64,000 bases of DNA from Massalongia carnosa (Eukaryota), in contig OZ287069.1 of NCBI GenBank assembly GCA_965645245.1, positions 2,108,001 through 2,172,000 on the forward strand, given 5' to 3'. The translations under genes and the position numbers were made by a program. The number at the start of each line of letters is the position of its first letter. Within the stretch, counting starts at the first letter, position 1. Below the pieces are notes generated by a model. The model was not told the origin of the DNA and made no database searches. It saw only the letters and a program-made list of their open reading frames with translations. Shown one piece after another: positions 35,930-48,709 of this stretch.

Positions 35930-38118
35930 TCAGAAATCATCGGAATCTTCATCCTTCAGTCGTCGGCCAAGTTGCACAAGCAACTTGTCCAGATCCCTCC
36001 AATTGTCCCTCGAGAGCGCAAATTTCTTATGTTTTCTTCCCACGATATGCTACGCCCTCATATTAGCGCGATTGCATATCATATTGATACAGAGCACCTA
36101 CTTCGTCAAAGTCTTCGTACTTGTCGCGGCAATTCTCGCAGTACCCAGGCTTGGGGTCTTTCTTCTCCGCTATACTCTTGCTTGATGGCCTTTCAACCCT
36201 TCGCACTTCATCTGCCCTCCAGATATCTTCGTCCGCTTCGGACTGGGTTGACTCCTCTTCGATGTGAATTAGCTTCTCTTGCGCCTTTGCTCTGGGTTGT
36301 TTGGCAACAGCGATGCTTCTTTCGGTCCTTGTGGGACCTGATGGTTTAGGAACTTTTTGAGAGATCTGAATGTTGCTGAGGCCTGGCCCACTGTTCCTTT
36401 CCAGCACTTTCCGCTTGAGTCCTTGAAACTCCTTGCTGGTTCCAGCCTTGGCACCTGGAGCTGCGGCAGTGGAGGAAATCATCTGAGAGCGTATGGCCGA
36501 TGTTATATTAGAAGGCTGGAGACCCGACGCGGCAGGCTCTCCACCAAACATCTTAGGACCAATAATCGCCGAAAGGTTCCTCAATCCTTTCATTGGACTT
36601 CTTCTACTGGTTGGGACAATAGGAGGAGGCGCACACTCTTCCCAAGCTTTGATTACAGAATTCACCCCGTCTTTCCGTTCTTCCAAAGGTTGATGCAGTC
36701 TCGGTTTCGCCGCCGGAATCTTAGCAGGACCCTGAGATTTCTGCATGGCCGCGGCGGCTCGAGTCCGACGTGGCGATTGAGCTTCCTGCTTGCGAATCGC
36801 TTTCTCCTCCCGAGCTTTGGCTTTATCCATCTCCAATCTACCGGGTGCTTCCTCTACAAAAGGACACTTTCCAGCGCTCACCGACCGAAACTGCGGCCAT
36901 TCGCCGTTTTCGTTTCGTGATACTTTAGGAAATTCTCTGACAATCATCGGTTTGGTTCGTTCGTCCATGTCACGAATATAGATATAGGGCCCTTTGAAAG
37001 TTATCATCTCCACCGATGTGACGGTGGAGTCTCGATCCGACGGTCCGTTGAGCTGTTCATTTCGAAGCATTCGTGAGAGATCGGCCGCTCTTTCATCCTT
37101 CAACCCTGCCACGCTGCGTGTATTACGACCATGCTGAGACTTCGACTCGGATGACGTGTCAAACATGGAATTCATTATCCGCTGAAGTTTCTCTAACTGC
37201 CATATTTTCATTCCCATCTCCTTAGCCTTGGAGAGAACATCAACATTACTCGCATTATTTTTTTTCGGCTCGCTTTCTCGTAAGCTGTTGGGTGGCGGCT
37301 TCCTCCCCAGAGCCGTCTCGAACGTAAATTTGTTTCGTGCCTGTGACGGCTGCACCGACGATGTCGGTTCGGTAGTCTTCTCCAGGACAGAAGGATTGAT
37401 GGTACGAGCGGGGGGGGCTGCCGGTGAGCGTGTGGAGATAGACGGTGGGTTACTATCCGTTGGACTGGTGGACTCGCTTTCTGCAGGAACAACTCGGGTT
37501 GTAATAACATGAGTGACATCTTTGGAAAAAAACTTCTCTTCTCTCTAGAAAACACCCATTGTCAGCCATCATACAGCGTAAGTAATCAAATGCCAGCGCT
37601 AGAACACTCACTGCTCCAAGCACCCGGACAAACTTCGAGTACTTCACCCGAACATCATCGGGTATGCTTTCAAAGTAAAACACAAAGTATGGGAATACCC
37701 TTCGGTAATGCTTTTGCCATTGGCGTATTCCGTTCAACGAAGCGGCCGCCGTCTTTTCTTGTCGCTCGGTATCATAGTTGGTCTGCCGCTCCTTCGCTGC
37801 CAACAGCTTTCGTTCAAAGGCGTTGGGCTGTGAGGCTGTGGGCCGTTTGGCGAACACCCGATCCTCGGAATATTGAGTCGTTTGCTTTCGAGGAGGGGTG
37901 CGATAACGCGTTTGCCCATTGTCTACTGCTAGCCTCTTTGCCGGTGGCTGCTGGTTATATTTCAAATCTTCTTTGGCGTCGAGTTCGAATCTCGACCGCT
38001 TAAAGGCCGCCGATGGAGCAGGCCGGTAAGGGGAATTGACGGCGTTAGGAATGCTGGCAAGGGGAGCTCTCCGGGTTGGCATGCTTTCGAGCTTCTTCGG
38101 GGCAGGCGAGCCAGACAT
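35930..38118 (-). CDS. DBF4: Cdc7 kinase regulatory subunit Dbf4/NimO/Dfp1
   Basis: Three exons. Motif N (WQKHYRRVFPYFVFYFE..FFSKDVTHVITTR..MKIWQLEKL), motif M (FKGPYIYIRDMDERTKPMIVREF..WPQF) and motif C zinc finger (KPGYCENCRDKYEDFDE|HIVGRKH). Confidence 0.92.
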
Positions 38119-39104
38119 GGCTGCCAGCCGTAAAAATAAACCTATTTACACGACCTTAGGACAGGTAGTGGAGGGGCAGCTGCTGCAGCCCACACGCGAC
38201 GTGCAACACGTCGTAAAAGCGCACAACAGGTACTATAATGATATCATACTGATGTAAAGATCTTTACACTGTCAAAGAGAAGAGAACGAGAGCTCAATGA
38301 ATGAGTGTGGGGTATTAAATCGCTGTTGTTGTGACTTTTGGGGCATTTGGAGATGGAGAGACAAAACGATGTTTTTGGATGGCAAGCATGTAGCTCTGTG
38401 TTTGTTGATCGGGGGTTCCCGGCCAACAAGCGCGAATCAACTAGAGCTGCACAGGTACACACAACCAAAACAGCGACATTAGGTCTATGCCCGCACATCT
38501 TTTCATGTATAATGTGCTCTGTGTTCTGTACGCACTTTGGCTCCTGCAGTGACGAGGATGTGGCCGTTGCCTCCTGCCGAGAGAGATGCTATCGCATCAT
38601 TTGAAAATCCAATGAAGGCGATCCGACAAATGCATGAAGCGTTAGAATAGCAAATGGAAGAAGCACTAAACTAACCATATCATGAGACTTTTTCTCCGAG
38701 GCTTCAATTAGCAACAGGGCATGCTCGTTGCGACGCGGAATGATCTGACACTTATGGATACTTTGATTTGTGTTCTTATGTGCTAAGCTATACAAGCTAT
38801 GTGGGTATCAATGAATACCTCTTGTGAAGTAGAGTAGGATAGAGCTGTACACCCCCTCCCCCCCCACAACCGCCCAATTCTTCATAGTCAAAAACTAGGT
38901 ACGACGTTCATTCGCGTCCATAACGCAGAAATGTGGAGCAAAGGCGGAGAAAATCTCCAACCATGGGTTTCATCCAAAGGCGCCATCCACCCCGCCCCCG
39001 CTACTAGAGGAAAAAAAATATCCCCGACTCCAGCAAAAACAGCGAAATGATGAGCGCCTATTTTCCACATGCGCCATGCTTCCTTTTTCTTGAAAAAACA
39101 CACA

Positions 39105-41140
39105 TCACTTTCCTGAGTTTATGACAACGCGCGCTCCCTCCTTTCCCAGCACCCCGGACTCCTTGGGTTTGGGACTTCTTTCCCGACCCGTTTTGCGAGA
39201 TAAGAAACCCAGCATGCCATGGGGTTTCCCTCCCTTATGGATGCTATCCGCGCCATTAGTGGTTTCCGGAGGCATGGTGGCGCTATGGTTCGCCAGCTCC
39301 GACCACGACCCTGTCTCCCCGAGTACCATCTGCACCCCACCTCCTTTGGAAGCACTCCGCGTACCACTTCGTTGCGGAAAGGCGTGTGGAGGTGGAGTCG
39401 CGCGATGTATGGCTGCCGGCGAGACTGGCAAGGGAGGTGGGGAGGTAGCGCGATTTTCGGCAGTGGGAAAGTATTCGGATTGATTAGAGTGAGAAGTGTT
39501 TGATTTCAGGTTGGGGATGGGTGGCGAGCCTCGGGAGGAGCCGCGAGATCGAGGCTGCTCATCTGTACTGGATTTGGATTGTGACGGGGGGTTGGTCCAC
39601 TCCGGTTGCACCTCAACCGATGGAACGATGGAGCCGGCGTATCCGCTAGAATGAATTGGACGTCAGTTGGTATACACGTGTACCGGAGGGCAAGTCGTCT
39701 TACACCACTGTCGTGTAGTCAAACGGCTCAAAGAGCTTTTCTATCATTCGATGTAGCTCATCCGCCCTTTTTTCCTTATCTGTAGCATCGTCTTTCAACT
39801 GGCCCCGAGGCTTTTGCCGCCTTGCTCTCGCCTCCAGTGGGGCTTCTTCTAGCAAAAGTTCTTCCAGATCATATGTTGCGTCAAAATTCGTCTTCTCGCT
39901 CGATGGTATGAATATGGGGGGGATTTGTTTTCGCTCAAGAAGTTCAAAATCAATGTCGCGGAAGAAGGGATTGTCTGTGAATGTTTCGAAACCAGAAGCC
40001 CCTATCCGTTTCCTCCTGTCCTTCTCGAGCAACGAGCTAATGGCATGCAGACAGGGCATCGAAACCGGTGGCTGCGTGACGGGAAAGCTGGGTTGGCCTC
40101 TTTTGATCTCCTTCTCCAATTTTTCATGCCCATGTGACGCAAACGGCCGCTTTCAAGATTGTCAGTGATATAAACCAACACACAACTGGGATGTAGACCT
40201 TGTTGTAAATGCACTCGTAGAACACAACCCCGAGCGACCACCAATCTACCTCGTTCAGATACCCGGATCCCGAATACACTTCTGGAGCGAGATACGCCAA
40301 AGTTCCAGACTTGCTATGTAGCTTCTTGTCTGGCCTGAACTCCGAGGCGACATTCTGCCTACAATCAGTACCCGATGGAGCCAAATGGGTCTGTCTAATA
40401 CGCACAAAATCCGCAAGATGAAGATGACCTTCCGAATCGAGCAAGACATTGTCTGGCTTAACGTCCCTATGTATAATGCCTTGTTGGTGTATATATCGCA
40501 AGGCACAGCCCAGCTCCGCCATCCAGAATCGTACCGCTTCTTCCGTAAAGGTCTTTCGTGAAATGTGAAATCGCAAGTCGCCGCCGTTCATGAGATCTAC
40601 CACCAGATACCTACCGTCTCATTAGCATAGTACAGGTACATAGTGGAAGACAGCAAGCTCACAAGTATTCAATGTCTTGAAAGCTGTACCGCAAATTACA
40701 TAGGAACGGATGATTCAGCTGCTCTAACATCTTCCGCTCCCTGATGATATTCCGGACACTTTCCGACCGAACAACTGTGGTCAAAGTCAGCCATTGGATG
40801 TATAGTATAAGGAAATTCTGTTGGGATTGCTGACCCTCATCTTTGCGGATATATTTGAGTGCAAACGTCAAGCCTGTATCTTTGCGCTCCACTATTCTGA
40901 CTTTGCCAAAGGCGCCTTTGCCCACCACTCGTAGGAGTCGAAAGTGATTTAGATTCACTACTCAGCCAAACATGGATTAGCAGAGGCGTCATCATCAGCA
41001 TGAGGGATCAGCATCTGAGACGACGGTGGGGATGGTGGGGATAGTTAGGAAACATAGTCGATAGGTTGATGGTCTGAGGGTTTGAGCGTACTCGTACCTT
41101 CATCGGTGAAAACGACCTGCTTCCCATTAGAGTTTCCCAT
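39105..41140 (-). CDS. AGC-group Ser/Thr protein kinase, YANK/STK32-like
   Basis: Multi-exon. N-terminus MGNSNGK (possible myristoylation). Kinase motifs VVGKGAFGKV, ALKYI, HRDVKPDN, DF|N, GTLAYLAPE and DWWSLG. The tail NFDATYDLEELLLE is typical of YANK kinases. Confidence 0.88.
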
Positions 41141-43053
41141 CGGGACTCAGTTTCGTTCTGTTTCTGCCAAGCCTGCTACATTTACTTCTCCAACGGTCTA
41201 CGAGAGCGAAGACAGGTCGATCGGGGGGTGTCATTCACAAGGCAAGCGGCAAGTGATAAACGTGGGACGATCTTGATAAAAGTAGTTCTGTCTCGATTGA
41301 TAAATTTATGCACAAACTTCTGAGGCCTAGGATGGCGTAGTCGGTTGCAGCTGGATTCTCGTGCACGTCAGGTCAGGTCATGTCATAGTTGGTGTCGTCC
41401 CGCTTTGCTGGGTATCGTTAAATGGAGGGTGGGAAAGCCCGATGGGTCGATGAAGGGTGTTAGCCCTGAGAATTGAGGTGTGTCAAAGCTGGGGCCACAA
41501 TTTCGACCTATTGATAGGAACAAATTGCCATTGCCTTGAGAAGCCCTTATGTGAGGCTAAAGGTCAATTAGGGAAAAGTACCCCTTCATCTTGGAGCTTG
41601 TGTATTTACATACCACTGGAGCAGCGCAACGTAACGTAGTAATATATACATTAGTCCTTTCAGGTAAGGAGCGGGGAACAGGTCTGACAAGCAAGGCAGG
41701 TAGTTGATCGACTGCCGCGGTATGATTCACTAGGAGGCTCGCAATACAGGTATTCCGTACCATGGCGTTTTACACTAACCCTCTTCTGGTCCGATAAGCG
41801 ATAAGGTACCTTAGCTAGCCTACGGGTGACCACCCCTTTGACCTCCTGCATGGTTCCGTTACGAAATCATGGTTCTGGAAATTGTCGTCTATGGTCATGG
41901 ATTTCGTATGGGTTGTGGCACTGTGGGTGGCGGTAGTAGGGGTACGCTGGAACTGTACATACTTATGTACACCGTCCTCCGCACAAGCAAGGGATGATGC
42001 ATGTCCCACGTGTTTTTGCACCTCGCGCTCGCGCACGCGCACTGCGAGTCTGCAATGTTCATGCAAGGGGGTGGCGGTGGGTTTCGTCGAAGGAAAATGC
42101 CCGATTCTTTCTAGTGGTCTTTCACCGCCGAAAGTAAACCGCATCTAGGTACCAGCTGTTATTGCCCTGTAAAGTATGAACTCGCCCGACAGACCATCAA
42201 TCTCCAGGGATGTTCATGGGGGCCATGAAATTTGGGCCGACTTCTCAATTAAAACATCTGCTCTCCACATTGAGATCAGGCGTCTGTCTGCTCGGCCAAG
42301 CAGCATTAGGTTGTGACGGCAAACAAGAAGAGTGCTTTCGCCAATTTACGTATTCGTTGCTGTCAGATTGGGCGTCAAATCTCAGTCGGGTAAACTGGGC
42401 GGACTTGACCCGTGACAAGTAGCTTACTTCGGCCGTAAGCTACCGCCTTAAACCTGTAGGTAATCTTCTTCCACACTCTCCCTGTCAGGATCAGATCTAT
42501 GATCTTTTGACAACCCACAAGCGAAGTCCTCCGTAAAAGCAAGTCATTTTCAGATGTCCTTAACTCTTTTAAGAATCCCCCTTAGGGTACCCTTAGGGTA
42601 CCAAGATATCACCCCCAACTAGCTGGGACTCTAGAGTGCAGGGGAAAGCTCTTCGTAACCCTCATTTCTTCGATTTGTGTTCACATAATATATGTGTAGC
42701 TATCTGAATTAGGTCACTGACGAAAGAACACAGCTTACTGACATCTTCTTATGATCTTACGTACAAGCTCGCAAACCTTTCCTTTCCATCTGTAGTCCCA
42801 GCCGATCCCATCCTACCATGCGTATGGAGTTACAGCACCGGCCCCCAAAAGTAATACCGTAACCCAAGGATTATGTTTGCATGACCTAGGATGCACGCGC
42901 CCACCCGACTACAGTTCCAACCTCTCACTTCCTTGGCAAACCCTGAAGGAAAGCCTCCGCTTGAACGGGTGAGAGTCCCAAACGTGGCGTTTCCAATATT
43001 CTTCCTTTCACACGTGGCATTTGTTCCTAGCTTTCCCTACAGTCTGGGTCTCA

Positions 43054-43113
43054 TGTAGCCGGTAGCCTGTAGCCGGTAGCCTGTAGCCGGTAGCCTGTAG
43101 CCTGTAGCCTGTA
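43054..43113 (+). repeat. Minisatellite (TGTAGCCGGTAGCC)x3 + (TGTAGCC)x2
   Basis: Read directly; a 7-bp core GTAGCC(G/T) builds a higher-order 14-bp unit. Confidence 0.85.
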
Positions 43114-43953
43114 CAGAGTACCTCGCTTCTGGCTTCCGAATCCCTTGAACATGGGATATTGGATTTGGTAGCACGCTCGCTAAACACCGGATAAGGCTAA
43201 GAGAGAAGTGAACATTTCGGAGATCTCCCTCGGGAAGTCGGAAAGTGATTGAGGAGTAGTTCCTCCAACTTATATACCTACTTCACGCTAGCAATGATGT
43301 CTTGTTCCGCATGAGCAGTTCGCTTGTTGACTGGATGCGTGCTCAGCGCATCGCTTGCAACAGCCTGACCGTAAAAGGGTGGAAGCGATTGGAGGGTTTG
43401 CTAAGTATGTACAAAGTAGGTGGAAGAGCAAAAGCGCCACTGTGTAACCAACCACCCACCATACGTTGCTGTCATCATCATCAGAGCCCGCAATGTCTCT
43501 CCCCCCAATGTCTCTCCCCCCAATGGAGGATTTGAGAAAGAGCGAACAAAAAGTAATAGGCATGCCAAAGTGGGGTACAACTGTCGAGACTTGTTACAGA
43601 AAGGTGCAACGCTGAACCTCCGTTTCTATAATTTTCTATAATGCCCAAGCTTTGGGAGATATGCCCTTTAACGCAGACATGAAGTGGACAGATACAGAAG
43701 CCGGCAGGATTGGCCGGAGAAATCATTCGCAAGCAAGCACTACAAGACACTCAGAACTGTAATGGTCTGATGAGAGTTTTGGAATTTTTGGTAGAAGCAA
43801 GTCATATATGGCCCATCCAGATGAACCATGGCGACGCTGCATCCAGTCTGATGTACAAGAAGGAATTAGGTATAGAGTACTGGGACCATAGAGTTTACCA
43901 CAAAGTTGGGTAGCGGATGCTTTCACAAGACTTGGCGTGGGGTTTCTAGATGT

Positions 43954-46900
43954 TCAGAGGTTTTGGGAGGGGGATCTCGGTGACACCGTATCTGGCCTAG
44001 GGCAATCTAAACGTTCTTGCTCCGCAGTGATGGGGTCGTCGGCAAGCTGGGGAAGGAATGATTTAACCGGTGGAATAGAGCTCGGTGCTTTGCCTGATGG
44101 CGCGGTGGAGGCAGAGAAGACGTCGGGTTGCTGGTGTGCAAACCACCCGCCTCGCTCCCATTCCCCAGGTTTGTAGAGACAAACTTTCCGAGTTTGTTCT
44201 TCAACAATACCGGACAGCAAGGTGCTGAGCCGTTTGAAATCAATAGGCTTGAGGATCCAGCCGTCGAAGCCAGCATCGATGTAGACCTGCCGGTCCCTCT
44301 CGTTTAAAGAGGCAGATACAGCAAAGACCGGGATACGACCGTTGAGGGCTGCGCGATCCGATAAATCAGCCTTCGTGTGGGTTTTCTCAAAGGACCGAAT
44401 CATCTTTGTAGAGGTTAGGCCGTCGACAATAGGCATCTAGTCGAAAGTGAGTCACGTGGGCTTCCAATGGTGTTCATACCCAGCCTCATGGTTATCTTTT
44501 AGGATGGGCAACCCACCTGCATGTCCATCAAAACCACGTCAAAAAATGCAGCTTTCTCCCCATAGGCGCTTGAGCATTCTTCTCCATTGACGGTAAGATG
44601 AACCGAATGGCCTATCTTTTCTAATCGCTTCTTGACGATCTTGCTGTTTATAGGGTCATCCTCCGCAACGAGGATGTGAAGGTCCTCTGTTGTAAGAAAG
44701 GATACCGGTTTAAGGGTTTTGTCGGGAATTTCAAACAGAACTCGTGCGGGGGTACGAGGAGGAAACTCGGAAGAATTTTCTACAGGCATTGGGCTCGATC
44801 TGACTGGGGTCTTCGAACCAAACATAAACAAGTCACCATGCGGTTGTTGGTATGAAGATGATGCAGATACTTTGTTCATCGAATGTGACCTTGAAAGAGT
44901 ACTTAGTCGTCTAGTTAGTGTTCTTGAGCGTCTTTCTGAGCGACTTCCTGATCGCGACAACGAGATTTCGGAATCACCTTTAACAGCTATATGAGGTTCC
45001 TGAAGTGCGTCAATGAGGCGATCCACGTCACTCTTGGCGCTGGTCCCGCTTTTAAAGCTCCTTAGGCTGTTCATGCTCCTAGCACTCTCTATGCTATCGT
45101 TACTTCCACGCCGTGAAACGCCTTTCTTGGCGGTTGAGGGTGCTTTTTGAGCACTTCTATTGACGAGCAAAACCTCTCTGGTGTCTACCGGAGGTGTCAA
45201 TGGCTGGTTCGGAGTCGCAACGCCTGCAGCGATGACAGGTACACCTAAACCTGAAGTTTTGCTATTGTCTGGCAAATCGAACCCAAATTGAATCACAAAG
45301 CGTGATCCTTTGCCCTCTTCGGACTTCAACCTCAGTTGACCATTCATATTTCGAAGAATCCTAGCTACCAAAGCTAGGCCTAGTCCGAGGGTTTTTGTTC
45401 CCTGCGATTTATCGAAGACGGCCTGGGGTTTAGTAGTTAGTTGTTCTTGCAATCCCTCGTCGCTCTCCGACTGGACTTGTTCTAGGTCTCGAAACAAAGC
45501 ATCCAGCTTATCTGCTGTCATTCCAGCACCAGTATCTTCTATGACAATATCAACTTCAACTCGCCTTTCCACACATTGGGCGAGCCACATCTCTATCTTT
45601 ACAACACCGCTCGACGTGTGTTGAATTGCGTTGGCTATAACGTTTGAAATGGCTTGCCTTACACGTCTTTGGTCTCCAATAACATATTGAGGCACATCAG
45701 GGTTCTCGGTCACTTCGTACCCAATTTGCTTTCTCTTTGCATCACCTGCAAACATGTTGGCTGCCTCTCTGACAGTTGCAGGTAAATCGAAGACCTCGTC
45801 CTTAATCAATTCATGGCCCTCCTCGGTTTTCGTAAGATCTAGTAGGTCATTGATGACGTAAATTAGTGATTTGGATGCTGAGTGGGATTTTGAAAGGTTC
45901 TCCCTCGTTTCTTGATCGATTGCCCCCTCCAGCGCGATTTCAAGATAATTGATGATCGCGTTAAGAGGTGTTCTCACTTCATGCGCGGAGTTTGCAAGCA
46001 AAAGCTTGGTTAACTGGCTGTTTTGTAATGCAGCTTCCTTCTGTCTCCAGACTTCGATAAATTTACCGTACACTAGACAGAGCACGGCCGCAGTCTCAAT
46101 CTGCTCTTCGGTCCATTCCCTACATTTTCCAACCACTGTTTCACTCCAAATTTTGAAGCTTCGGCGCGGCTCTAAATACCCATCTGTACCTTCCTTAATA
46201 AACTTTTCATATGGATTCCCGGCCCATTTGACCTCTCTTGTCTGTCCTTTTCGGAAGAAGACAATAAAATCGTTTCCGGCAACGGATAACGGTACAAGTA
46301 GGAGACCGGCAATGACAGTGAAACCGGGGGTATATCTTATGTCGGGAAAATCGAGGCGGATATCGGTTGAGTTGACAATCGAGTTGAACTTGCGAAGTCG
46401 TAAGTACCTAACAAATAAGCTAATCTGGCAAAGGAAATATTTAGGACTAGAGCCTTACTCAAGCATGGCTAAGGCTTCTTGAGTCTGCTCAAGTTTGCCA
46501 AGAATCTTTGTCTCATCCTTTATCGAAAGGAGGCCATAATCAGCATCAAAAAGCTTCAGCAAATCCTCCGACGATGCAACAATATAACCAGAAGGGTTGT
46601 TCTCGGTAGGTGCTGTACTAATTAGCTTCCGTGCCTGCAACCGCGAAGCGTAGGAAAGGCGTTCAATATTCCGCGAAGCCGAGTCGCCAACCAGTCTACA
46701 CATCTTTCGAATGGGGAAAGAAACTCGCATTCCCTTGGAGCCGTACGAATGACAAGCGATTAAGCCCCAAAGCTCATTAAAGGCGTTGATCGAGATAGAC
46801 ATTGAGGCCCGTACGGCCATGTTCGCCAAGTATTTAATATGGATTGGAGACATTGCCCGCAGATACGCAAACGTCAAGTCTAATGGGGTCTCAAGATCCT

Positions 46901-48709
46901 CAACAGTCCGACAGACCAAGCGTGCTGTCTCTTGGTCACGGTCATAAAGCAACCGTACTTTGTTCACTTTGTATAGCTCGCGGGCTTGGCTTGGGATATC
47001 CGAAGCCGGGAACTAAAGAACAATTAGCCAGTTAAAGACCCAATTCTTGCTACCAGTGAAACATTCTATCAATAAATCAATCAATCATCGTTTTGGTGAA
47101 TATAGTAATATTCGATAACTTAGAAGGAATGCTGGAAACTAACATGTAATCCCCGATACAAGTCTTTCGTTGCACGCGGGTCCACGAGTTCTGTCACGAC
47201 TCGTCCATTCCAACTTTGATCGAATTGATAGATCATAACCCGATGGAAACCAGTCAGCTCTTTAACGACACCAACCAGAACCTTTAGAAACCGTTCAAGG
47301 CTTGGTGCACTCGACAACTGCTCTTGAACTTGTGACATTATGTTGAAAACCTCCATCGCGGCTGCTTCCCCTTTTCGTTTCCTAGCATTGCGGAGTACTC
47401 GTAATGGTTTGCTAGAATTCACCGTACTTTCTGCTAACTCTTCTGCTGTCGGGCTGCTGCGCAGAGTATCTTCAGGTGGTTCAGGGGTGGCTTCTTCGAA
47501 TGGCACAAGAGGGTTGAGAGAATCATCTTCCAACTCAAACTCACAGATTATGATATCACGGTTGGCTTCATTGCTGTGCATAGCACACCAGAACTTGTTT
47601 ACCTTGCGTGATGGAGCGCGGATAGCGATGGTGAACACCTCGGGCCCATTTTTTGCCGGATCTGAGTCTTCATCCCGGATAAAGTCGACATGATCTAGAA
47701 GATTATCTGAGTGTTCATCCGAGAGTATGTCACAGAAACTATCCAGTGCAAACAGTTGTTGCGGCGTGTAGCCCAGTATTCGCTTCGAATTCTCGCTGAC
47801 GACTCTGACCTTGAATTTTCCATCGTCATCTTCCTGCAAAGCAATCAACAGCCCGAAACTCTGTACAGCACCTGGAATGTGTATGGGTTCATCCTCGCAT
47901 CTCTGCAAAGTATCCCCCTCTCGACCAATGATAACAGCATGCCCGCCGTCCGTCAAAGTGTGTTTGAAGCGAGCCGTAACAAAGCTAACTGATTCATCTG
48001 ATATATTCGGAATAGATTCTGTAGTGCTATCACCAGAAGCTTCAGTCTCATTCGCATTACTCTTGGGCGTTATCGACGCATTGTCAACGAATGTCTGCAT
48101 CTGCCGCGATCCTCCCATTCGCTCTCTTCCCTCAGAATGCGGCGAGGAGGACTTTATTAATCTACTGAGAATGAGCTTTTCCGACTTATCTCCACCATCA
48201 GTCATAGTGGGACCTTCTATGTCACGACGAGGCCTTAACGCTTTTTCGCTATACTCTAGGGATCTAGCGATTGACGCTGAGCTGGCCATTGATAGGTGAC
48301 GTAATTCAGCCCGTCGTTCTGGCGTATTGCCACCAAGATCATTATTTGGCGTAATCATGCCAGGAAACGCGCCTCCAGATACTTCTGATCGGATTGAGGG
48401 GCTAGGGGATGGATCTACCGAGACTATAGACCGAATCGGAAAGATACGGTCCGTTCCTAGGGGATTGGATTTATCCAAAGGCGACTCTGGCGATGAAAGA
48501 TATGTTGGTCTTTCTCTACCTTCGGTTCCATGTATTGAACGCGAGCCTGATAGGTCTGAGCTCCAGGGATGGGATCTAGATGAACGCGATGAAAATTGAC
48601 TTGACTGCGCAGAAGGTACATGAAAAGGTGCTGGGGTCCGGTCGTCGATACCGGGAGAGGTTGGACAATTTGCTTGCTCCTCGGGCTTTTGGGAAAGACC
48701 AGGCAACAT
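43954..48709 (-). CDS. fphA: Fungal phytochrome (PAS-GAF-PHY-His kinase-receiver), ~1497 aa
   Basis: Exons 48709-47144, 47012-46459, 46407-44517 and 44436-43954. Bilin Cys motif QRCEDEPIHIPG, PASDIP, RAMSPIHIKYL, PRRSF, H-box HEVRTPLN, N/G1/G2 boxes (NAIQHT, EDTGAG, GLGL) and receiver EDD..LMDMQMP..KP. Confidence 0.96.

Noticed and set aside
41882..42148. Cys-rich 88-aa ORF upstream of the kinase
   Set aside because: Non-ATG start, no coherent Cys spacing or splice support, and it lies in a probable promoter region.
42580..42601. TTAGGG motifs as an interstitial telomere
   Set aside because: Only two non-contiguous copies inside an 11-bp duplication.
11454..48599. Many antisense or overlapping ORFs in the ORF track (e.g. 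24614-25180, 36357-36920, 45949-46482, 47811-48299)
   Set aside because: They are shadows of real genes on the opposite strand or in another frame, with no independent motifs.
20909..48709. Core genes as a functional gene cluster
   Set aside because: The functions are unrelated (autophagy, pantothenate, replication, light sensing) and there is no secondary-metabolite backbone gene. This is an ordinary neighbourhood.
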